DNA of 64,000 nt from a virus (Duplodnaviria; Caudoviricetes). Shown in pieces: positions 9,417-18,505 of this stretch. The stretch lies in the IMG/VR virus record IMGVR_UViG_3300012662_000011; one strand, 5' to 3'. The notes beneath the pieces are model-generated. The model had not been told where the DNA came from. It saw only the letters and a program-made list of their open reading frames with translations, and ran no database searches. Positions within the stretch are counted from its first letter, which is position 1. Every line of letters starts with the position of its first letter. Position numbers and translations under genes: made by a program.

Positions 9417-11834
9417 TTATTTACTACTATTCTTTTTTAAAGTTGCATTAATCTGCCTTTCTTTCAACCTTACATCATCACTTTGCTTCTTCTTTTGTAG
9501 AGCAAGATTTTCATTAAATTGTCTTGCACTTTCTGATAGTTTTTCCTTCTCTAATGCAAGCTTTTGCTCCATATTCATAGCATCAGAACCACCCATTAAC
9601 TCAAGTCTGTCTGCCTCAGCCTTACTGTTAATCTGAGCAACAAGAATATTATTTTCAAGTTTTTCCTGATGCATCTTATACTGCAACTCTTGCTGTTGTT
9701 GAGCTTCCTGAGCCTGCTGCTGCATTTGCTGTTGCTGCATCTGCATTTGCTGCTGTTGTTGCTGTTGAGCTTCTTCTCTCTTTCTCTTCTCATTAGCCTC
9801 AACAATTCTCTGCTTTTCTGCTGTACTTATAGTTGTGTATATCTTCATAATAGTAGAGAAGTCAAGTAACTGATTCTGTAGAGCTGCCTGTGCAAGAGTG
9901 TCAAGTTTCTGATTAAGTTCCATAGTACCATTACTATTGTCTACTACAAGACCATAATCACATTCTGCAAACTCATCCCCATCTATCTCCATCAGTTTTT
10001 TACTACCATCATTTAAGATATAGTCAAACTTCTTCTTTCTTCCTCTAAGTGCTATCTTTGCTGTTTCAAGGAAACATTCAAGTACTCTTTTCTTCACACT
10101 GTCATGAATAAAGAACATCCTTTCTGTAATAAGGGATGACTGCAAAGTAGCTCTTTCTACTCCTCCTACAGTCTCTCTGTTTGAAATCTGTCCTTCCCTC
10201 TGTCTTGATATACCTGCAAGGTCTCCTATCTTTGTAGAAATCCATTCAAGTACATTCATATATTGCTGTATTTCATTTCCAAGTGAAGCATCTATAACTC
10301 CTGATGAATTATTATTCAATCCTCCTGCAAGTTTACCCATTGCTGGACCTACACTTCCTTCTTTAAAACTATCTTCTACAGCTATACCATTTACATTAAT
10401 ATAGTACATCCACTTGTCTACATCCCATCCTTTAGGTACTTTAGCAAAATCCATCTTTACTATTTTACCCATATTCTTAGCTAATACCTTATTTAGTCTA
10501 TCATGGAATACATCATAAAGATAGGCATAAGGTTTCATAATATCTACAAGAGAGAATGGTTCATTACCATTAATGTTATAAATACTTCCTATAATACCAA
10601 AATGGCATCTTGATGGGTTACTTAGCCTATTGTACTGTACTGGTCTAGGACCCATATCTACATATATATCCTTACCAATCTTAGTACCTCCCCAAGCTTC
10701 ATTTACCCAGAATATCTGTTCCTCTTCTCCTTTATCTGTATCACAGTGATAGTTCTCAGGATAAAAATTAAATTCTTCTTCTCCTGTCTCAGGATTATAG
10801 CTTTTTACTTTCTTTATCTGTCTTCTTGACTTCCAATATACCCTCAGTACCCTTATATTACCATTCATATCATAAGGTAGATAAGTATTGTCTATAGTAT
10901 TATCAAACAAACTATAAGGGTCTATTACTTCATCTCCTGCTGTATAATCAAGACTTACATTAGGAACAAATCCATACCTAGGGTCAAGATTATCCATACT
11001 GTCTACATAAGGGCTGCTTCCTCTGTTTTCAGGAGAACACTCTAAAGATTCTATATCTTTCTTTGACAGTTGGTCATAATAAGTATCAATAATTCTTCCT
11101 GGATTCCAGTAGTCTTCCAGTACTATCATATCTGCATCTTCTATATAATTTGAATACCCTGACCTTATTACTCTCATTTTACAAGGGTCTATTTTTTCAA
11201 TGAAAGGTTCCCCTCCTACAATATCACAATGATATGCTTCTTCTCCTACAGTATAGGCATCCACAAATCCTTGATTAAACAGCTGTGGGATATCAAGCTC
11301 TTTCATATAGTGATTTAGTAATAGGTTCCCTCTTACTTCCCTCTTGTCTTGATAACTGTAAGTAAAATAATCAGATTGCTTCTCCAACTCCTGATTAAAC
11401 TCTTCTTCACTTTGAGCACCATCCATCATCATCTGTTGGAGCATAGCATTTACTTGATTATTTTTCTCTTCTGCCATTTCTGATATGGCATTAGGATTAG
11501 TTACTATTACCCTAAAATCAAACAGTCTCTTGGACTCTTCTCCTCTAAGAACCTCAAGTTTTGAATTGATAATAGGGTAGTGCTGTATATTTTCTGGAAT
11601 GAATGATGCCTCAAGATTAAATGGATTGACAAGCATTTTAAAGTCATCCATGTGTATCTTTCCATTGATAAGGTCATAGTTTATTTTCATTGCCCTCACT
11701 GACTTTCTTGCCAAATGGTAATGTACTAAGCTATGATCATCTCCAAAATCCACGCATCTTTTCCTCCAGGCTTTTCCTTTTTTATTAAAGGATAACTGCT
11801 GTGCTGGAAATCCTCCTATTGCATTATATGCCAT
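9417..11834 (-). CDS. Portal protein
   Basis: 805 aa; FPAQQL..K.K.W N-terminus, HYPIINSKLEVLRGEE, WVNEAWGGTKIG, GISRQREGQI motifs typical of crAss-like portals; coiled-coil barrel with poly-Q. Confidence 0.9.
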   Translation of the reverse strand: MAYNAIGGFPAQQLSFNKKGKAWRKRCVDFGDDHSLVHYHLARKSVRAMKINYDLINGKIHMDDFKMLVNPFNLEASFIPENIQHYPIINSKLEVLRGEESKRLFDFRVIVTNPNAISEMAEEKNNQVNAMLQQMMMDGAQSEEEFNQELEKQSDYFTYSYQDKREVRGNLLLNHYMKELDIPQLFNQGFVDAYTVGEEAYHCDIVGGEPFIEKIDPCKMRVIRSGYSNYIEDADMIVLEDYWNPGRIIDTYYDQLSKKDIESLECSPENRGSSPYVDSMDNLDPRYGFVPNVSLDYTAGDEVIDPYSLFDNTIDNTYLPYDMNGNIRVLRVYWKSRRQIKKVKSYNPETGEEEFNFYPENYHCDTDKGEEEQIFWVNEAWGGTKIGKDIYVDMGPRPVQYNRLSNPSRCHFGIIGSIYNINGNEPFSLVDIMKPYAYLYDVFHDRLNKVLAKNMGKIVKMDFAKVPKGWDVDKWMYYINVNGIAVEDSFKEGSVGPAMGKLAGGLNNNSSGVIDASLGNEIQQYMNVLEWISTKIGDLAGISRQREGQISNRETVGGVERATLQSSLITERMFFIHDSVKKRVLECFLETAKIALRGRKKKFDYILNDGSKKLMEIDGDEFAECDYGLVVDNSNGTMELNQKLDTLAQAALQNQLLDFSTIMKIYTTISTAEKQRIVEANEKRKREEAQQQQQQQMQMQQQQMQQQAQEAQQQQELQYKMHQEKLENNILVAQINSKAEADRLELMGGSDAMNMEQKLALEKEKLSESARQFNENLALQKKKQSDDVRLKERQINATLKKNSSK
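9690..9770 (-). repeat. CAG/CAA-rich poly-glutamine tract in portal C-terminus
   Basis: AQQQQQQQMQMQQQQMQQQAQEAQQQQE. Confidence 0.8.
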
Positions 11835-11861
11835 AATATTCTATTTTCTAATTTATATATG

Positions 11862-11869
11862 CAAAGATA
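11862..11869 (-). promoter_or_regulatory. TAnnTTTG promoter for portal
   Basis: TATCTTTGCA on minus strand 27 nt before the portal ATG. Confidence 0.7.
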
Positions 11870-12012
11870 AATAAAAGAGTAAGCCTTTCACAATACCTAA
11901 ATCATTCATTAATAGTATCTTAACAATATCTCTATAATTGTCTATATAGAAAAAAGAGAATGACTAATTGTTATCATTCTCTTTATATATTTTAATATTT
12001 ATATACTGTTCA

Positions 12013-12417
12013 TTACTTAAACTTCCACCAATTTACAGGAACTCCTTTTCTACAAGTATCTGCATACCATCTATTAAATGCTATACCATCATAACCATCA
12101 ACATCATCAAGAACATCTTTAATATATTGAGCCAGATAGTTTTCATTAGGAATACTTTTACCAAGATAGTCTGCTTTACACATATTGGCTACAAATACCT
12201 TATCATAAAGAATATCATTATCTATCTTTATATTATATGTATTAAGTATATTATCAATTTGTTCTTCAGTATAAGGAGTAATCTTACCATTACTGTCCTC
12301 CATCTGATTTACTGCAAAATCACATAGATGCTTATTGAAATGTCTACCATTATGTTTAAGATATTCTATCATATCTTCAGGAAGTTCATCATATATATCA
12401 AGGCTATCTCTATTCAT
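12013..12417 (-). CDS. Hypothetical protein of Bacteroidota phage module (134 aa)
   Basis: Clean ORF, G.HF...LC, VANMCKADY motifs; last gene of the 14539-12013 operon. Confidence 0.7.
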   Translation of the reverse strand: MNRDSLDIYDELPEDMIEYLKHNGRHFNKHLCDFAVNQMEDSNGKITPYTEEQIDNILNTYNIKIDNDILYDKVFVANMCKADYLGKSIPNENYLAQYIKDVLDDVDGYDGIAFNRWYADTCRKGVPVNWWKFK

Positions 12418-12457
12418 GACAAAATTTGTTTAATCAGTAATACTTTGAATATCAACA

Positions 12458-12521
12458 CCCCCGTAGAAGAAATATTGATTGTAAGTTTAAGTCTAGTTTA
12501 GCATAATCTCTTCTACGGGGG
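12458..12521. repeat. 13-bp perfect GC-rich inverted repeat with 38-nt loop
   Basis: cccccgtagaaga (12458-12470) / tcttctacggggg (12509-12521). Confidence 0.85.
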
Positions 12522-12529
12522 GTACTATA

Positions 12530-12760
12530 TTATCTATAGCGTCCAGTTTTTCTATAGTCTCTATCTTCATCATAATCACGATGACTTCTATAGTCTCTGT
12601 CATCATAATCATAATCTCTCATTCTACTTCTTGAAGTATCTTCTTTTGCTTCATAAGCTTCAATGCAATCTTCAAGTTCTTCAATCTCTTCTCTCATTCT
12701 TCTAAGTTTATCTCTCATCTGAGATACACTCTTATGACCAGTCTGTACCATAATCATCAT
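12530..12760 (-). CDS. Small coiled-coil protein with R/D/Y-rich tail (76 aa)
   Basis: RDYDYDDRDYRSHRDYDEDRDYRK low-complexity tail; adjacent to the upstream gene. Confidence 0.7.
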   Translation of the reverse strand: MMIMVQTGHKSVSQMRDKLRRMREEIEELEDCIEAYEAKEDTSRSRMRDYDYDDRDYRSHRDYDEDRDYRKTGRYR

Positions 12761-12761
12761 A

Positions 12762-13247
12762 TCAATTTAGTTTATTTGTGTTACTTACTATATCAAGTAT
12801 CTTGTCTAACTTAGACTCAACACCTGTTACTTTATCTCTAAGTGAAGCTATTTCTTCATCTCTGGCTTTATCTTTAGCATAAGTACTGTCAATGGCTTTC
12901 AGAATATCTTCAGCTTGTTTAGCTTCATTCTTAATGTCATCTATATGCTCAATGGTATAATTAGCCTTATGAAGTATAGATTCTACTTCTGCTTGGATTT
13001 GTTGCTTGGTTTCAGCAATTACAGTCTTACCACCTTTATAAGTAACTAAAGAACTATTACTGGGTATGTTATTAAAGTCAGTGGTTACTTCACCTACTTT
13101 AACTTTGACGTTCATTACCATCTGATTAGTTCCATCTGTAGCAAACTGAGGAATTGTTGTACCAACTACTTCTCCAATACTATATTTAAGTCCGTTTGAT
13201 TTATCAAGAAGATAAACAAGACTTCCTGCATTAAGACATGAAAACAT
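12762..13247 (-). CDS. Hypothetical protein, beta-rich N-terminus plus coiled coil (161 aa)
   Basis: ORF overlapping the stop of the upstream gene (TAATG). Confidence 0.7.
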   Translation of the reverse strand: MFSCLNAGSLVYLLDKSNGLKYSIGEVVGTTIPQFATDGTNQMVMNVKVKVGEVTTDFNNIPSNSSLVTYKGGKTVIAETKQQIQAEVESILHKANYTIEHIDDIKNEAKQAEDILKAIDSTYAKDKARDEEIASLRDKVTGVESKLDKILDIVSNTNKLN

Positions 13248-13561
13248 TATACTATAAGTTGAAGTTTATTATTCTGTTTGTCAAATACTATAATATGAAG
13301 TCCTTCAGTCAATGAAGTAAGAGCTTCACCATTAGATGCGAGTAGAGGAAGTGTTACATTATTAACCATCATTTCAAATCCTGTAGCAGTAGTTGTAGCA
13401 GCATTAAAGTTAACTACCATAATTCCTGCTATTCCCATTACTCTGAATGTATGGTTAGGCATACTAAATATAGCATTAGCAGTTGCACTGCCAGCAGTCG
13501 TTTGAGTAGCTGCTACTAATGGTATGCCTCCACGATTACCAATGTATTCATTAAATGCCAT
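13247..13561 (-). CDS. Small all-beta hypothetical protein (104 aa)
   Basis: Clean ORF in operon. Confidence 0.7.
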   Translation of the reverse strand: MAFNEYIGNRGGIPLVAATQTTAGSATANAIFSMPNHTFRVMGIAGIMVVNFNAATTTATGFEMMVNNVTLPLLASNGEALTSLTEGLHIIVFDKQNNKLQLIV

Positions 13562-13579
13562 AATATTATCTCCTATACT

Positions 13580-14539
13580 TTAGTTCCAAAAACCATTAAG
13601 ATTAGTACCATAACCATAATATCCCATCTGTGCAGCTACACAATTAGGTACAGCTACAAATGGTTGATAAGGAGTAGTTACAGTACTTGGTTGAGCACAT
13701 TTAATCTCATTTACTTCTTTCTGAATACCTGCCAATGCACCACTAAGAGGATTAACAGCAGCAGCTATCTGCTGACCAAATACAGCAGTCTGATGTTCTG
13801 TAGTAAGTTGTGTCTGTAGAGCATTAATCTTGTCTTGCATAGCACTCTTCTCAGCAGCATCAAGCCTTGCTATTACTCTATCTCCTACAGTATCTACAGC
13901 CTTTTCAATATTACAGGTCTGGTCTCTAAGAGCATAACCTACATCAGCAAAACCTCTTGTTACAGCATTACCTACACCTCCTACACTTTCCTTTATAGTG
14001 TCTGTCTGTTGAATAGTAGCTATCTGATTCTGATAATTACCTTCAGTAATAGCAGTTTTAAGATTGCAGCAACATGTTGCAAGCTGACTTGAAAGTGTCA
14101 TAGTATTCTGAGTTCCAGCATTAAGTAGAGCACCTGTAGAAGAATCTATCTTACAACCTACCTGAGTTACTGCATTATTTACCTGATTAATAGCTGTTTG
14201 AATCATATCAGTAGAAGTATTGAACATAGTAGCAAGATTCTGTATTGCACTACCATTGTTATTGATAGCTTGCATAATCAAATCCCTACCATCATTGTTA
14301 TTGACAAGATTGGCAAGTGGACCTAAACATTCACCATTGTTACCATTTCCACCAAGATTACCAAACAAACCACCATTACGCATAAGAGGATAAAGGAAGA
14401 AAAGAAAGATAACCCAAATCCAACTTCCATTACCAAAACCACCACCTCCATTCATAAGAGCCATAAGGGTAGCTAAATCACTGTTACTATTTCCTTTAGA
14501 ACCTCCATCAGGAAACATAAAAACTTTTGAATCATCCAT
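13580..14539 (-). CDS. Gly-rich membrane-anchored coiled-coil protein with CCC motif (319 aa)
   Basis: GGGFGNGSWIWVIFLFFLY hydrophobic segment, long N/Q/T heptads, LATCCC, aromatic/Pro-rich tail. Confidence 0.75.
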   Translation of the reverse strand: MDDSKVFMFPDGGSKGNSNSDLATLMALMNGGGGFGNGSWIWVIFLFFLYPLMRNGGLFGNLGGNGNNGECLGPLANLVNNNDGRDLIMQAINNNGSAIQNLATMFNTSTDMIQTAINQVNNAVTQVGCKIDSSTGALLNAGTQNTMTLSSQLATCCCNLKTAITEGNYQNQIATIQQTDTIKESVGGVGNAVTRGFADVGYALRDQTCNIEKAVDTVGDRVIARLDAAEKSAMQDKINALQTQLTTEHQTAVFGQQIAAAVNPLSGALAGIQKEVNEIKCAQPSTVTTPYQPFVAVPNCVAAQMGYYGYGTNLNGFWN

Positions 14540-14597
14540 AAGTCTTAGTTTAATTTAATTAATAATGTTACATGTACCAGCTAGCTTTTGTACATTG

Positions 14598-14605
14598 CAA
14601 AGATA
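14598..14605 (-). promoter_or_regulatory. TAnnTTTG promoter for the 14539-12013 operon
   Basis: TATCTTTGCA on minus strand, downstream of a terminator-like hairpin at about 14628-14665. Confidence 0.7.
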
Positions 14606-14706
14606 AACATGATGATTAAAAGCATCAAAAAAGGAGTAGCCAAGTTTTACCTTAGTTACCCCTTGAATATATATTGAATGAAAGCGAAATATTAACTATT
14701 TATGCT

Positions 14707-15045
14707 TCAGATACATATTGGCTCTACATCCTTATTTAACAAAGTAGCTTGAGCTGTAGCAAGTCTATAGACCCTAGAAGTTGAAAGATAATCATAAGCA
14801 AGGTCTCTCAAATGTCTTATTGAACTTACATTCCTATTAAGTACTTGACCTATAGTAGTAACACTAAATCCAGCATGCAACATCTGCTCTACTACTATAC
14901 ATCTTGTCATGACAATATTTTCAGCACGAGATTTACCAAGAACATCTTCTCTACTTATACTTAGACTTCCATCTTTAAGCTCTATAGCACAACATTTAAC
15001 AACATTGTCTATAATCCTGTACAGTTCTTTCTCTTTGTCATTCAT
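14707..15045 (-). CDS. DnaA C-terminal-like HTH DNA-binding protein
   Basis: SREDVLGKSRAENIVMTR...GFSVTTIGQVLNRNVSSIRH parallels the DnaA domain IV pattern. Confidence 0.65.
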   Translation of the reverse strand: MNDKEKELYRIIDNVVKCCAIELKDGSLSISREDVLGKSRAENIVMTRCIVVEQMLHAGFSVTTIGQVLNRNVSSIRHLRDLAYDYLSTSRVYRLATAQATLLNKDVEPICI

Positions 15046-15072
15046 AATAATTGAAATTTTATTGTTGAAAAT

Positions 15073-15103
15073 TTTGGTAGTTTAAAAATAATTATTACCT
15101 TTG
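15073..15103 (+). promoter_or_regulatory. Complete Bacteroidota sigma-A promoter TTTG-N19-TAnnTTTG, antisense to the structural block
   Basis: TTTG 15073-15076, TACCTTTG 15096-15103. Confidence 0.65.
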
Positions 15104-15107
15104 CATC

Positions 15108-15175
15108 AAACTAGAATAAACTGCTTTTTCCTTACAAAGGTTTGCTTATGCGGAAATATAAGTTTATTCTAGTTT
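15108..15175. repeat. 15-bp perfect inverted repeat with 38-nt loop
   Basis: aaactagaataaact (15108-15122) / agtttattctagttt (15161-15175). Confidence 0.85.
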
Positions 15176-16117
15176 TCTTATTTGTATACAACCATTATCT
15201 AGCATCTTATATGTAATATGAAATTTACTGGGTTGTTTTCTATAATATTTATGGGTAGCTGTAATTATATTAGTTCTTACTTTAATACTAATATACTTAT
15301 TCAAGCTTAAATGCCTGTTTACATACCTTTCAGTATGTCTTTTTCCACCAGTTCCCCAATATTTAACTTTGATTTTTTTTAATGGCTCATGTAAAGTAAC
15401 ACTATTAAAGTAAAATTTAGTCGTATTAATTTTGATAAAGATAAAATCATATACATCTTTTATAGTTGTAGGTAATATACACTCTATTCTATTACCAACC
15501 CATTTAAGATTTTTATTCCAAGGTTCAGCTCTATAACAGTCCTCATAACTAATATATACAGATGTTACATCATTAGCTAATTCATATTTATCTATATGAT
15601 AGCCACAAATTTCTTTTTTAAAAAACTTTGTATTTATATTTGTTGAATAATCAATAAAACTAGGACAAACAAGAGCATAAGGTGAGTCACTACCAATATT
15701 AGATGTATTACAAATCAAAGCATCTCCAGACTTTTCTATCAAATTTACTCTTTTCTTTAAAACTAAATCCCAATAAGTTAAATCATTAAGTTGAGCTTCT
15801 TTGTAAGTATTATCACTATTATAATCAAGGTTGCGAAAAAATAATCTAAATTTATTTTTTATTGTAACTCTAAATACAGGACAATTAGAATAATACCAAT
15901 CATCATATCTACCATTAATCTGATGATTAATGTCTCCTAAAACTAAAGGAATCCTTTTATGATACAAGTTTCTTCTTTCTTTCTTAATATACTTTATTTT
16001 CTTAACATCTTGAGGAAGTTGTTCATAAGTAACTTTACCACTACTGTCAAGAGTAGCAAATACTTTTTTCAGTTTATCATAAAAATATTTAAGTCCAATA
16101 GCATCTATAAATTTCAT
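15164..16117 (-). CDS. Fibre-associated protein with fibre-type N-terminus and divergent basic C-terminal domain
   Basis: MKFIDAIGLKYF and ATLDSSGKVTYEQLP shared with neighbouring fibre genes; remainder very AT-rich. Confidence 0.55.
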   Translation of the reverse strand: MKFIDAIGLKYFYDKLKKVFATLDSSGKVTYEQLPQDVKKIKYIKKERRNLYHKRIPLVLGDINHQINGRYDDWYYSNCPVFRVTIKNKFRLFFRNLDYNSDNTYKEAQLNDLTYWDLVLKKRVNLIEKSGDALICNTSNIGSDSPYALVCPSFIDYSTNINTKFFKKEICGYHIDKYELANDVTSVYISYEDCYRAEPWNKNLKWVGNRIECILPTTIKDVYDFIFIKINTTKFYFNSVTLHEPLKKIKVKYWGTGGKRHTERYVNRHLSLNKYISIKVRTNIITATHKYYRKQPSKFHITYKMLDNGCIQIRKLE

Positions 16118-16190
16118 ATTAATATAATTTATTTAGTTATTTAATTTATTATATAAGATTCTTATGTCTTTCCTATATATTCTTTAGCCC

Positions 16191-16403
16191 CTAAAACATT
16201 AAGTGTCTCATTCCCATACCAAGAGCTATTGCTATACAGCCTCTACACAAATCTTCTTTATTCCATTTACCTTCATAATAATGACACCTGTCATTGTCTT
16301 CATGAACTATCAATGCAAGTAATGCATATCCTTCACCAAAGAGTATGACAATAAGAATATATACTGCCATACCCATAAGATTATGTTTCATTTCTTTAGT
16401 CAT
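16191..16403 (-). CDS. Small membrane protein (70 aa)
   Basis: Two to three hydrophobic segments. Confidence 0.6.
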   Translation of the reverse strand: MTKEMKHNLMGMAVYILIVILFGEGYALLALIVHEDNDRCHYYEGKWNKEDLCRGCIAIALGMGMRHLMF

Positions 16404-16431
16404 ACTATATAAAAATTAAATTCAGTTTTTA

Positions 16432-17559
16432 TCATTTTGCTGTATCAGCAACCATATATCCTTTAGCTTTCAAATCTGTAAGCAAAGCATTAAACTTAGT
16501 TACTACTTCTTCCGCTGTTGTAGCTGCTGTAATGTTTGCAAGTTGGGGTATTTGAGAAGATTTAAGTTTACCATCTACGAGGTCTGCCTTACTACTAACA
16601 TCAGGTATATCTGTTTTCTTAGCATAATCAGTTAATGATTGATGCTCTGTAAGATAACCTTTATTATCAATCTCAGTCTTAGTATAATAATTACTCTTCT
16701 CACTAGTCCATACAGGGTCTGTTTCAGTATATGAAGTTATAAAGTTAGCATCATTAGTAAGTTGAGATAACTTAGTTGGTATAGATGAAGTATCAGCTTT
16801 GTTAGTCAAATCATAGAATGTACCATCTACAACTGGAACAGTATATTGCGTATGTGCTGTATTAATACCACTACTGCTAGGACTTGTAAGTGTATATGAA
16901 CCATTTTGTCCTATACGAACACCTACACCTTTTATTGTAAAAACAATACCCGTAGAGTTAGCACTAAAATTAAAACCATCATTACTTGCTAAATTTAAAG
17001 TGTTTGGTTGTAAAGTAACACCTCCTGACATAGAAGAAACATTTAATCCACTAGTTGTAGATATAGTAGCAGTTCCTTTACTACCACTATATAACTTAGC
17101 AGGTGTTTCATCATTTGCCATTACAACAAAGTTACTGGTATCAGGAATTTCTGTCTTCTTGGCATACTCACTCAAATCAACTTCAGCTTTAAACTCACCA
17201 AGTTTTTCCCATACATTGTTAATATAACAATATTCAGTATAAATATTGTTCTCCTCTGTAGTAGTAGATGGAACAATATAAATCTTATTGTCTTTAATAT
17301 CTTCTGTAGGAAGTTTATCAGTAATAACAAATATTGCAGTATCTATATTACCTAATTGTTCAAGTGGAACATTGCCGTTACCATCAAGACTTGCAACACC
17401 ATTAACTTTACCTATAATATCTTTATTCAATGTAGCCTTTATAGCATCAGGCAGATCACTGTTCTTTGTATAATTCAGTTCAATGACATTTTTGCCAACA
17501 TACTTTATGGCTGCAAATATCTTGAATCTGTCTAAATCTCTTCTTGTAAGGTATCTCAT
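16432..17559 (-). CDS. Head/tail fibre protein
   Basis: GVASLDGNGNVPLEQL, PTKLSQLTNDANF, GYLTEHQSLTDYAKK repeats; C-terminal EEVVTKFNALLTDLKAKGYM trimerisation-like motif. Confidence 0.7.
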   Translation of the reverse strand: MRYLTRRDLDRFKIFAAIKYVGKNVIELNYTKNSDLPDAIKATLNKDIIGKVNGVASLDGNGNVPLEQLGNIDTAIFVITDKLPTEDIKDNKIYIVPSTTTEENNIYTEYCYINNVWEKLGEFKAEVDLSEYAKKTEIPDTSNFVVMANDETPAKLYSGSKGTATISTTSGLNVSSMSGGVTLQPNTLNLASNDGFNFSANSTGIVFTIKGVGVRIGQNGSYTLTSPSSSGINTAHTQYTVPVVDGTFYDLTNKADTSSIPTKLSQLTNDANFITSYTETDPVWTSEKSNYYTKTEIDNKGYLTEHQSLTDYAKKTDIPDVSSKADLVDGKLKSSQIPQLANITAATTAEEVVTKFNALLTDLKAKGYMVADTAK

Positions 17560-17625
17560 ATCAATATAATTTTAAATACTCATAGTAAGATTTCTCCTAC
17601 TATGAGTATGGTTTATAATTAATTA

Positions 17626-18474
17626 TTAAGCAAACATTGCATCAATGGTAACAGTATCACATACTTCTATTGAAGTTACATTGCCTTTAAAATTATTAAA
17701 TTCACCAAGAGTAACTCCAGCACTTACTTCTACAAGGTCTTCTCCATCCCAACGATATACTTTATTATTATTAACATTTACATATAGTTTGCCTTTTTCA
17801 GGTGTGTTTTTAGTTGGCACATCAAGACCATTTAAATCTCTAGTAGGATAGCTTATATCATCACAATAAGTAAGTTTTGAAAGTACTTGATTCTTTTGCG
17901 TAAATCCTCCAATAAATTTCTTATGTGTAGTATCATAGACTACAGCACTAAGAATGTCATTTGCTGTATGACTATTAACAAGAGTTACATTATCTGTAAA
18001 ATTTGAAAACTCAAAAATTTCAAATACATCATCTGGTAGTTGTTCTGTTTTAACAACATTATTATCATCCAAATCAGCCTTCTTATTAAGTGCTGTTTGT
18101 GTAGCTGTAGAAATAGGCTTATTTGCATCACTTGTATTATCAACATTACCAAGTCCTACCTGAGCCTTAGTTACACCATGAGGATTGCTCTTGTTATTAA
18201 TATGTGTATCAACGTATGTCTTAGTAGCATATCCCTTAGCATCAATCTCTCCACTTGTAAGACCAAACTTCAGTGCTCTCCACTTACCTGTAGTAGCATC
18301 TACACTATTACTCTTAGTAATCTGATAAAGAGTACCTGCTACATTGGTAATAAAATGGTCAGGGAAATTATCTTCACTCTCAGCTTTAAGAGTTGCAATA
18401 TCTTTATAATAATCTCTCGCAAAGTTAAACTGCGGAGACTTCAAGTCAAAATTCTGATTTATAATAAAACTCAT
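17626..18474 (-). CDS. Tail fibre protein
   Basis: HINNKSNPHGVTKAQVGLGNVDNTSDANKPISTATQTAL fibre repeat. Confidence 0.75.
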   Translation of the reverse strand: MSFIINQNFDLKSPQFNFARDYYKDIATLKAESEDNFPDHFITNVAGTLYQITKSNSVDATTGKWRALKFGLTSGEIDAKGYATKTYVDTHINNKSNPHGVTKAQVGLGNVDNTSDANKPISTATQTALNKKADLDDNNVVKTEQLPDDVFEIFEFSNFTDNVTLVNSHTANDILSAVVYDTTHKKFIGGFTQKNQVLSKLTYCDDISYPTRDLNGLDVPTKNTPEKGKLYVNVNNNKVYRWDGEDLVEVSAGVTLGEFNNFKGNVTSIEVCDTVTIDAMFA

Positions 18475-18505
18475 ATCTATTTTCTATTTTAATCTATTCA
18501 ACATG

